64,000 bases of DNA from a candidate division WOR-3 bacterium (GTDB taxonomy: Bacteria > Hydrothermota > 32-111): the NCBI GenBank assembly GCA_039804105.1, contig JBDRZU010000001.1, positions 864,001 through 928,000 of the forward strand, written 5' to 3'. Positions 50,203-58,263 of this stretch are shown here, piece after piece; within the stretch, counting starts at the first letter, position 1; each line of letters begins with the position of its first letter. The position numbers were made by a program, and so were the translations under genes. The notes below the pieces were generated by a model that made no database searches, was not told where the DNA came from, and saw only the letters and a program-made list of their open reading frames with translations.

Positions 50203-50972
50203 AGTTCCTCCTTTATCAACTTATAAGATTTATAACCAGACAGCAACATCCCACCAAAAATTGGTCCCATTCTGAAACCACCAAATACACCGTTAGCGGC
50301 CATTCCTGATACAAAGAAGTTTTTGTAAACTTCTCTTGTATTTTCAACAGTTTCTCTTTCTCCGAGTTCTGCATTCATAGGTTTTTCACCTTCAATTTTA
50401 CCTGAAGGAGTATTGAGTTTAACATTTGCTTTCTTTACAAGCACTGATGTTAATTCTGCAGGATGTCCGGTTGCATCGATAACTTTTTTTGATATCACAG
50501 TAAGAGGATCAACATGTAAAGACATATATTCAACAGGTGTCCAGTTGATCACTATTCCACAAACAGCATCATCTTTTAAAACAACATCAACAACTTTTAT
50601 AAGGTTAAATATCTTTAAACCAACCCTTGAACTGTTGTATATCAGAGATGATGTTATTTGAACAGAGTCAAGAACAAAATAACCTTCAGATTCCTCTTTT
50701 AATTCAACATTAAACTCTTTTAGTATTTCTACAGCATCTTTTTGAACAACAATACTGTTAAACATCATCCCCCCACCCCACATTCCACCACCTGGGGCGA
50801 GTTTTGATTCAAAGAGTGCAACTTTGAAACCATCCTTTGCAAGATAATACCCTGCGACAAGACCAGAAGGTCCTCCTCCAACGATAGCAACATCAAGATT
50901 CAAACTTTCTTTCAGTTTTTCAAAATAGTTTTTCATAATCAGTTCACTTATCTTTTGATCCTGTAGTATCAT
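50190..50972 (-). CDS. thi4: Sulfide-dependent adenosine diphosphate thiazole synthase (non-Cys Thi4)
   Basis: VGGGPSGL, GGGMWGGG, LHVDP, DATGH and RMGPIFGGMLLSG motifs; AGGAGG SD. Confidence 0.96.
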   Translation of the reverse strand: MILQDQKISELIMKNYFEKLKESLNLDVAIVGGGPSGLVAGYYLAKDGFKVALFESKLAPGGGMWGGGMMFNSIVVQKDAVEILKEFNVELKEESEGYFVLDSVQITSSLIYNSSRVGLKIFNLIKVVDVVLKDDAVCGIVINWTPVEYMSLHVDPLTVISKKVIDATGHPAELTSVLVKKANVKLNTPSGKIEGEKPMNAELGERETVENTREVYKNFFVSGMAANGVFGGFRMGPIFGGMLLSGYKSYKLIKEELRKG

Positions 50973-50983
50973 AAAAACCTCCT

Positions 50984-51013
50984 AAAATAAAAAAATCAGG
51001 TTTTGAACCTGAT
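50984..51013 (-). terminator. Riboswitch-controlled intrinsic terminator
   Basis: ATCAGGTT-CAA-AACCTGAT hairpin followed by TTTTTTATTTT on the minus strand. Confidence 0.85.
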
Positions 51014-51019
51014 CTTTTT

Positions 51020-51107
51020 GATTTCCCTACGGCAGCATTACCTGCATCAGGTTCAAAGGGTCAACGGTTACACCGTTTTCTCAGCTGCTAACAGCAGCTC
51101 CCCTAAA
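51020..51107 (-). ncRNA. TPP riboswitch aptamer
   Basis: Minus strand reads GGGGAGC...GCTGAGA...ACCCTTTGAACCTGATGCAGGTAATGCTGCCGTAGGGAA, upstream of thi4-thiE-thiC. Confidence 0.97.
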
Positions 51108-51143
51108 ATAAAATTAAACACTTAAAATTTTAAAAGTCAACAA

Positions 51144-54100
51144 TCATATTTCACATTTTTCCCTTTTGATTTTCGTTTCAACTATTGAATAGATAACAGG
51201 AACAAGTATCAATGTTACAATTGTTGAAAAAGATAGTCCCCCAATTACAACGATACCTAATGACCTCCACATCTCAGCACCCTCTTTTGTGCTCAAAGCA
51301 AGTGGAAGTAGTCCAAAAATGGTCGTTAAGGTTGTCATAAGAACAGGTCTTAATCTTCTCTTTCCTGCCAAAGCAACCGCATCACATAAATTCATACCAT
51401 TTTCTCTGAGTTGGTTCATATAACTTACAAGAACTATAGCATTGTTTACAACTATTCCAACAAGCATGAGCATTCCAACAAATCCCATTATCGAGAGTGT
51501 TGTATTCGTTAAGAACAGGGCAAGAATAACACCAGTAAAAGCAAAAGGAATCGAGAAAAATATTATGAAAGGATCCAGAAACGACTCAAACTGTGCAGCC
51601 ATTACAAGAAATACTAAAATGATTCCAATAACTATTGCTATCGAAAGATCTCTAAAAGATTCCTGCTGACTTTTAACATCACCACTACTTAAAATAGTTA
51701 TCTCCTGAGGAACAGAAATTTCTGAAATCATTTTTTGAACCTTTTTATTACCATCTGAAAGTGATATATTGTTTAGGTTTGCCTGTACACTTATATATCT
51801 CATCCTGTTTTTTCTTTCAATCGTTGGGGGTTGTTTGGTCAACTTTATGGATGCGACGCTGGAAAGTGGAACATTAAAATTAGCAGGTGTTGTTATCGGT
51901 AGAGATTTTAGATTGTTGATGTTTCTTAGATACTTTTTATCAAAGAATACATCTATATCGTATTCATAACCATCTTTTCTGAAAACTGAAGGAACATTTC
52001 CATTTATACCGTTTCTCAAACTCAACATCAAATAATAATTGTTCACTCCATAAATCGTTCCATTTTCCTTTTTCGGAATAACAGAGATATCCTCTATCTC
52101 TTCTTCTCTTGATATCGAAACATCAACAAAACTACCATCATCCTCTATCTTTTTTTTCAATTCTTTTGCGATTGAAAAAGTTTTTGAAATATCTTCGCCA
52201 TATATTTCGATAGCTATCTGTTTTTGATTTGAAAACCCTCCAGCGAAATTTGAACTCATCTCAACACTTTTTACTTCCGGATAACTCTGTATAAACTTCC
52301 TTATTGAAGAAAGATTCTTTTTAACCTGATTTATCGAAAGGTTGTCTTTGAATGCAATAATTATCGTTGAAGAGTACTGCGTTGAACCACCGAACATTCT
52401 TCCACTTGTGCCTCCAGCGTAGAAAACAAAATTTTCAACATCGGGAAAATTGTTTTTTATTTTCTTCCCAATTTCAGTCATAATACTATCTGTAATTTCT
52501 ATCCTGAGCCCCGGTGAAAGATTCACGGTTCCCCTTACTCTATTTCCACCGAAAGAGGAAAAGAACTCCGTCTTTATTGAGGGAAGAAGGAATAAAACAC
52601 CAACAAAAATAATTACAATAGTAATGATAATAAATTTTTTATTTTTCATCGAATATGACAAAAAATTCGAATAGAACTGTTCAAAATCGTTAAACCATTT
52701 TTCAGTTATGTTGTGGAACTTTTCAAGAAATTTTTCTTTATATTTTAAAAGTTTTGAGCTTAGCATTGGTGTCAGAGTTATAGAAATAAAAAGTGATGCA
52801 AAAAGAACAACGGAAACCGTATATGCTAACTGTTTGAAAAGAAAAGAGGTAAACCCTTCAATAAAAAGAAGTGGAATAAAGATTGCTATTGTTGTTAATG
52901 TTGATGCAAATATTGCTCCAATCACTTCACTTGTTCCATCAAGTGCTGCATTTTTAATTTCCTTCTTTTCCTCATCTTTATGTCTGTAAATATTCTCAAG
53001 AACAACTATCGAATTATCCACCACCATACCGAGTGCAATCGAAAGTGATGCCAAGGAGATTATGTTCAAGGTTGATTTGGCAAGGTAAAGATATATGATT
53101 CCAAAGATAAGAGAAAATGGAAGAGTTAATGATATTATCAAACTACCGGTTATATTTCTTAAAAATAAAAATACAATTATCACAACAAAAATAAAAGCAT
53201 ATAAAATAGTAGAAGAGAGATTGCTTATTGAATTTGTTATCTGCTTTGATGTATCAAAGACAATGTTGATCGTTGTTCCTTCAGGATACATATTTTTTAT
53301 ATCTTTTAATCTACGGTTCAACTCTTCGACAATCTTTACAGTGTTTGCGTTTGATTGTTTCTGTATAACAACGACCATCCCTTCCTTTCCGTTAATTTTT
53401 GCAACTCCTTCAATTTCTCCCTGAGAAAAATCAATATCAGCAACATTGTATAAATATATCGGGTTTTTCCCTGAATAACCTACTATCGTCTTTGATATAT
53501 CATTAACGGATGTATATTCTCCTGGTAACCTTATAGAATAACTCCTTATGCCCTGTCTTATTTCTCCAAGTGGTATATTCAAATTGTTTGCAGAAATCAT
53601 AGAATTAATTTGTGATAAAGATATATTGTATTTTATAAGGTCTGGTATTCTAACTTTCACATTTACTTTCTTTTTACTTGAAGATGTTATTGAAACTGCA
53701 CCGACTCCAGGAATTTGTCTTATTTTATCAAGAACAACTTTCTCTGTAAAATCGTACATTTTTGCCACTTCGCCTTCATTTTCAAAAACTATTGCTACCG
53801 TAGCAACCGGAATCATTGATGTTGAAAATTTGAAAACAGTTGGTGTTTGAGCATCTTCAGGTAAGGAACTCTTTATGAGTTCAATCTGAGTTCTTATATC
53901 GTTTGCGGCAGCATCAAGATTTTTACCCCAGTTAAACGACACCGTGATAAAAGAAACCGATTCCATCGAATTTGAATTTATCTCTGTCACATCGGGAACC
54001 ATCGAAATTGCTGATTCGATCTTTTTTGTTATCTGCTCTTCAACATCGATACTTGAAGCACCTGGATAAACAGTTATTATAGAAATTTGAGGTAACTCGA

Positions 54101-54212
54101 TGTTTGGAAGCATTTCAAGAGAAAGATTTTTAAATGAAAGAAAACCAAATATCAATATAACAATAAAAACAACTATAATAAAAATTGGTCTTCTGATAGA
54201 TAGTTTTACCAT
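51144..54212 (-). CDS. RND efflux permease (AcrB/AcrD/AcrF family)
   Basis: SIRRP, YPGAS, GMVVDNSIVVLENI, GIVVNNAIVLV and RLRPVLMT motifs. Confidence 0.96.
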   Translation of the reverse strand: MVKLSIRRPIFIIVVFIVILIFGFLSFKNLSLEMLPNIELPQISIITVYPGASSIDVEEQITKKIESAISMVPDVTEINSNSMESVSFITVSFNWGKNLDAAANDIRTQIELIKSSLPEDAQTPTVFKFSTSMIPVATVAIVFENEGEVAKMYDFTEKVVLDKIRQIPGVGAVSITSSSKKKVNVKVRIPDLIKYNISLSQINSMISANNLNIPLGEIRQGIRSYSIRLPGEYTSVNDISKTIVGYSGKNPIYLYNVADIDFSQGEIEGVAKINGKEGMVVVIQKQSNANTVKIVEELNRRLKDIKNMYPEGTTINIVFDTSKQITNSISNLSSTILYAFIFVVIIVFLFLRNITGSLIISLTLPFSLIFGIIYLYLAKSTLNIISLASLSIALGMVVDNSIVVLENIYRHKDEEKKEIKNAALDGTSEVIGAIFASTLTTIAIFIPLLFIEGFTSFLFKQLAYTVSVVLFASLFISITLTPMLSSKLLKYKEKFLEKFHNITEKWFNDFEQFYSNFLSYSMKNKKFIIITIVIIFVGVLFLLPSIKTEFFSSFGGNRVRGTVNLSPGLRIEITDSIMTEIGKKIKNNFPDVENFVFYAGGTSGRMFGGSTQYSSTIIIAFKDNLSINQVKKNLSSIRKFIQSYPEVKSVEMSSNFAGGFSNQKQIAIEIYGEDISKTFSIAKELKKKIEDDGSFVDVSISREEEIEDISVIPKKENGTIYGVNNYYLMLSLRNGINGNVPSVFRKDGYEYDIDVFFDKKYLRNINNLKSLPITTPANFNVPLSSVASIKLTKQPPTIERKNRMRYISVQANLNNISLSDGNKKVQKMISEISVPQEITILSSGDVKSQQESFRDLSIAIVIGIILVFLVMAAQFESFLDPFIIFFSIPFAFTGVILALFLTNTTLSIMGFVGMLMLVGIVVNNAIVLVSYMNQLRENGMNLCDAVALAGKRRLRPVLMTTLTTIFGLLPLALSTKEGAEMWRSLGIVVIGGLSFSTIVTLILVPVIYSIVETKIKREKCEI

Positions 54213-54215
54213 AGA

Positions 54216-55076
54216 TCACCTAACCTTCACTTTCTGTCCATCTTTTAACATATCTGAACCGATAGTAACGATAGTGTCTCCCATATTCAAACCTGATACT
54301 ATTTCTACCTGTGATTCGTTTTTGAGACCTGTTTTGACATCAACTTTGTTTGCGATGCCATTTTTCAAAACAAAAACATATTCACCATTTTGATCATTTT
54401 TAACAGATTCAAATGGGACAGTTAAAACATCATTTTTCTTTTCTAAAAGTATTTTTACTGTACAACCTTTATTTATCAAATTACCGTCACCTGTAAACAG
54501 AACATCTATGCTACCAAGATTTGTGTAATTGTTTGGATATTTTGAAACTCTTATAACCTTTCCGTTAAACTTTTTTTCATCAACTTCAACCTGTGCAAAA
54601 GTTCCATTTTTAATTTTTTCGAGTAACTCAGAGGAAACTGAAACTTTTGCTATTTTGCTTGCATCATCAACTATCATACATACAGGTGTTTGGTTTGTTA
54701 CAAAATCGCCCTTGTTTATTGATAGATCATAAACTCTTCCATCTATAGGTGAAATGACCTTTGCTTTCTCAAAAGAAACTCCGGGTATCGATCTGTCTAT
54801 TTCAGCTATAATCTGATCCTTTCTTACATATTCACCCTCTGATACCTTGTATTCTAAAAATCTACCAGGAACATCAGAAAAAACTTCTGTCTGTTTATAA
54901 CCCTCTATCTTTCCATAAAAATCCTGATATATTTTTATTTCTTCATTTTTTGCCAAACTAAAGGAAACTGTTCTAACAAATTCTTCACTCTTAATCGGCC
55001 TATTTCTTGTTTTTGAAAAGATAACAAAAACGATTAAAACTACAATGATGAATAAGATAACAAAAAATTTTTTCAT
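54216..55076 (-). CDS. RND efflux periplasmic adaptor (MFP)
   Basis: N-terminal anchor; biotinyl-lipoyl-like halves (V-x-EGEYV, SPIDG); VKTG...VEIVSGL-x-x-GD. Confidence 0.92.
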   Translation of the reverse strand: MKKFFVILFIIVVLIVFVIFSKTRNRPIKSEEFVRTVSFSLAKNEEIKIYQDFYGKIEGYKQTEVFSDVPGRFLEYKVSEGEYVRKDQIIAEIDRSIPGVSFEKAKVISPIDGRVYDLSINKGDFVTNQTPVCMIVDDASKIAKVSVSSELLEKIKNGTFAQVEVDEKKFNGKVIRVSKYPNNYTNLGSIDVLFTGDGNLINKGCTVKILLEKKNDVLTVPFESVKNDQNGEYVFVLKNGIANKVDVKTGLKNESQVEIVSGLNMGDTIVTIGSDMLKDGQKVKVR

Positions 55077-55087
55077 TTAATTCCTCC

Positions 55088-56416
55088 TTAAAGAACTCCA
55101 AGATAATTTAAAAGTGAAAGTTTATTTATGATGATATCATAGAGAGATTTTAGATATCCAACCTGCGCGTTTATATATTTTGTTTCAGCATCTATATAAT
55201 CAACATTACTTATAATACCCCTATTGTATTGCTCGGTAGCGGTTAAATATGCTTCTTTTGAAAGATCTAAAGTTTTTTCAAAAATCTTTAGATTCTCTTT
55301 TGAATTTTCATAGTTTTTCATCAAAAGTTCAAGATCAACAGGAATTCTTTCTTTCAAGAGAAGATAGCTCATCTTTACTTGTTTTTCCTGCTTTTTTGAT
55401 TTCAAAATGTTCAAAACTCTGCTTCCACCGGATAAAAGATCAAGATTCACCGAAAAACCCAAATTGTAAGATCCGTCGAAATATGAAGAATCGGAAATAT
55501 AGGAGTAATAATTTTTATAGTTGTATGAGGTGAAAAAAGCAACATTTGGAAGAAACGATGTAGAATTTAACAGCGTTGACTTTTTCGCTACATTTTTTGA
55601 AATTTCAAGATTTTTCAACTCACTTTTATTTTTATAACATATATCTAACAATTTTTCTTTCGTTAATGAATCCAGTCCAAGAGTATCAAATTTGTCAACA
55701 GTACTAAAAGAAAGAGAATCATTTAGAATTACACTATCTTTGATATCCATTCCGAGCAAAAACTTTAAACTGTGTAAAAGATTGTCTCTCTGCTTTATAA
55801 GATTTTTTAATTCCATTTTACTGTTTTCAAAATCAATTTCTGAAGAAAGTTTCTCAAGTTTACTTGAAGTACCAAGATTATATTTTGATAGAGTCACTTT
55901 ATGATGATTCTCTTTTGCCTCAATAATTTTTTTATTAACATCTATCATTTGATCAAAAAGTTTTACTGAAAGATATAATTGTATAACAGAAAATTTTATA
56001 TCCCTTTTTGTTTTTTCAAGATCATTTTTAGACATTTGGAGTTTGTCTTTCGAAACCATATATCCAAGAACAAGTTTTCCTCCAAGAAAAACTGGTTGCG
56101 AGAGTTTTACATCCAGAGAATAGTTGTTCTGTTCACCAACTTTTATTTTCATTGGTCCAAAAGCAGTGTTAACATATGTTGTTGGAACTGTATCCAATCT
56201 GACAAAGGTTCCAGTCGATGTTACTTTTGGGAAAAAGTTTGTGATTGAAAGTAGCAAATCTTCGTTTGCTATATTTACATTTTCCTCTGATATTTTTATC
56301 TGTAAATTATCATCATACGCTTTTTCAATAGCTTCATCAAGAGTCAAACTTGATATGAATGAAAAGGAAAAATAAAAAAATAAAAGCATCACAAAAAACT
56401 TTTTTTGCATCTTCAC
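55088..56416 (-). CDS. TolC family outer-membrane efflux protein
   Basis: Signal peptide; LTLDEAIEKA, FFPKV, QPVFLGG and Y-x-x-G motifs in two repeats. Confidence 0.92.
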   Translation of the reverse strand: MKMQKKFFVMLLFFYFSFSFISSLTLDEAIEKAYDDNLQIKISEENVNIANEDLLLSITNFFPKVTSTGTFVRLDTVPTTYVNTAFGPMKIKVGEQNNYSLDVKLSQPVFLGGKLVLGYMVSKDKLQMSKNDLEKTKRDIKFSVIQLYLSVKLFDQMIDVNKKIIEAKENHHKVTLSKYNLGTSSKLEKLSSEIDFENSKMELKNLIKQRDNLLHSLKFLLGMDIKDSVILNDSLSFSTVDKFDTLGLDSLTKEKLLDICYKNKSELKNLEISKNVAKKSTLLNSTSFLPNVAFFTSYNYKNYYSYISDSSYFDGSYNLGFSVNLDLLSGGSRVLNILKSKKQEKQVKMSYLLLKERIPVDLELLMKNYENSKENLKIFEKTLDLSKEAYLTATEQYNRGIISNVDYIDAETKYINAQVGYLKSLYDIIINKLSLLNYLGVL

Positions 56417-56991
56417 TCCTTAATTAAAATTTTTAGAACATTGTCTTTAATATATTTTATTCTCTTCTGGTCAAGTTGTGTTTCAAAAAAGATTATTCTC
56501 GAAATTTCCATATGTATCAAACCAACTATCATCATCGTTAAAATTTCACTGTTTAAATCTTTAAAAATATTTTTTTGAATACCTTCATCTATTATATCCT
56601 TCAATATCTGAAACCTTTTTACAACTATTCTTCGATCGATACCTTTTGAAAAATCAAACAACTCTTTGTTTGAATTGAGATTGTTTATAGTGAAAAATTT
56701 CACTTTATTTACATTCCCAACCATTATTTCCAAAAATGTCTCTATATATTTCTCTACTTTCAGATATGGTGAATCCACTTTTTCAACAGATTTTTTTATC
56801 TCTTCATTACAATTGTTTATAGCATAATTTATAGCTGAAATAAAAAGTTCTTTTTTGTTTTTAAAATACAGATAAATTGTTCCTTTTCCAACATTTGCTT
56901 TTTTTGCAATACTATCAACATCTGTCTTATAGTATCCTTTTTTCCCAAAAAGTTCTAAAGATGCTTCTAAAATTTTATTTTTTTTATCCAT
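56413..56991 (-). CDS. TetR/AcrR family transcriptional regulator
   Basis: ILEASLELFGKKGY...IAKKANVGKGTIYLYFKNKKELF helix-turn-helix. Confidence 0.96.
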   Translation of the reverse strand: MDKKNKILEASLELFGKKGYYKTDVDSIAKKANVGKGTIYLYFKNKKELFISAINYAINNCNEEIKKSVEKVDSPYLKVEKYIETFLEIMVGNVNKVKFFTINNLNSNKELFDFSKGIDRRIVVKRFQILKDIIDEGIQKNIFKDLNSEILTMMIVGLIHMEISRIIFFETQLDQKRIKYIKDNVLKILIKE

Positions 56992-56997
56992 TGTGAT

Positions 56998-57026
56998 AAT
57001 ATAATTAAAACTGACCAGTCAGTCAA
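56998..57026 (-). promoter_or_regulatory. tetR promoter with overlapping palindromic operator
   Basis: TTGACT(57026-57021)-17 nt-TATATT(57003-56998); palindrome ACTGAC-CA-GTCAGT at 57010-57023; ATG 6 nt after the -10 box. Confidence 0.75.
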
Positions 57027-57047
57027 GATGTTTTTTTAAAATTTCTA

Positions 57048-57075
57048 TTGAAATTTTATATTATTTTATTATACT
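57048..57075 (+). promoter_or_regulatory. Sigma70-type promoter for the 57100 gene
   Basis: TTGAAA(57048-57053)-16 nt-TATACT(57070-57075); AAGGAG SD downstream. Confidence 0.55.
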
Positions 57076-57099
57076 AAAAAATAGTAAAAAAGGAGAAAT

Positions 57100-58263
57100 A
57101 TGATTGTTGAATGTCCAAAATGTCATAAAAAATATGAAATTGATGAAATGTACATTCCAATAGGTGGTGCTCCAATAAAGTGTCCGAATTGCAAAAATAT
57201 TTTTGGAATATATGTTGAGCCTATAGATATTCCGATGACTGAAGTTACTGAAGAAAACGTATCTTCACAAACTCTTGAAACTTCAGTTGAAACATCAAAA
57301 ATACCATCTTTTGAAGAAAATTCGATTTCAACAAAATTTGAAGAACAAAAAGTTGAAGAGAATGAAATTCCAACTTTTCCAGATATGGATCAATTTGGAA
57401 AATTTTCAAGTGAAACAGAGGAAATTCCATTTTCATCAAAATCCAGTTTTGAACCAAAGGTTGAAGAGGTGAAGAAAGAGGAACCTTTTGTTAATCCTTT
57501 CACTCAACCACAAACACAAAAACCAGTTCAACAACCACCTTTCCAGCAGCCCGATTTCGGTGTTCCACCTGCTTTTACTCAGCCAAAGGTTGAAGAGGCT
57601 AAGAAAGAGGAACCTTTTGTTAATCCTTTCTCTCAGCCACAACCACAAAAACCAGTTCAACAACCACCTTTCCAGCAGCCCGATTTCGGTGTTCCACCTG
57701 CTTTTACTCAGCCAAAGGTTGAAGAGGCTAAGAAAGAGGAACCTTTTGTTAATCCTTTCGCTCAGCCACAACCACAAAAACCAGTTCAACAACCACCTTT
57801 CCAGCAGCCCGATTTCGGTGTTCCACCTGCTTTTACTCAGCCAAAGGTTGAAGAGGTGAAGAAAGAGGAACCTTCTGTTAATCCTTTCGCTCAACCACAA
57901 AGACCTTTACAACAACCAACTCAAACAGTTCAGGCAGGTAAAGCAGGTACTCCAATGTTTGATGTATTACTTGCTGGATTTAATCTTCCACCAGATTTTA
58001 AATCACTTCCTGAAAATGTTCAAAAACTTCATAAAGACGCTATCAAACTTGCAAGACAACTTGCCAAAGATATTCTTCTTTACCATAAAGATGAAGTTGA
58101 AAGAGGTTTGACATCTGGAAATATAAAAGAAATCTTGAAAGAGGAAATTGAAAAATCTTATAAATTCTACTCTCAAAGGATACCTTCAGAAATAGTAAAT
58201 TCAACAAACTATTTCAATGAAGCTTTAAATAAAATAATTTGTAAAGGGCAGAATATTTTTTAG
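57100..58263 (+). CDS. MJ0042-type zinc-ribbon protein with Pro/Gln-rich repeat linker and helical C-terminal domain
   Basis: MIVECPKC-x3-YEID...IKCPNC-x3-F; C-terminal AIKLARQLAKDILLYH...EEIEKS-x3-Y. Confidence 0.8.
   Translation: MIVECPKCHKKYEIDEMYIPIGGAPIKCPNCKNIFGIYVEPIDIPMTEVTEENVSSQTLETSVETSKIPSFEENSISTKFEEQKVEENEIPTFPDMDQFGKFSSETEEIPFSSKSSFEPKVEEVKKEEPFVNPFTQPQTQKPVQQPPFQQPDFGVPPAFTQPKVEEAKKEEPFVNPFSQPQPQKPVQQPPFQQPDFGVPPAFTQPKVEEAKKEEPFVNPFAQPQPQKPVQQPPFQQPDFGVPPAFTQPKVEEVKKEEPSVNPFAQPQRPLQQPTQTVQAGKAGTPMFDVLLAGFNLPPDFKSLPENVQKLHKDAIKLARQLAKDILLYHKDEVERGLTSGNIKEILKEEIEKSYKFYSQRIPSEIVNSTNYFNEALNKIICKGQNIF
57454..57900 (+). repeat. In-frame tandem repeat, 129-bp unit x ~3.5
   Basis: Units start CCAAAGGTTGAAGAGG at 57454, 57583, 57712 and 57841; near-identical; each encodes 43 aa. 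Confidence 0.95.

Noticed and set aside
57454..57900. 129-bp repeats as a CRISPR array
   Set aside because: Whole units are duplicated with no unique spacers, they are in frame inside a CDS, and no cas genes are present.
57436..57900. Alternative-frame ORFs over the repeat (57436-57900 minus, 57488-57859 plus)
   Set aside because: They are by-products of a repeat whose length is a multiple of three; no SD or recognisable domain.
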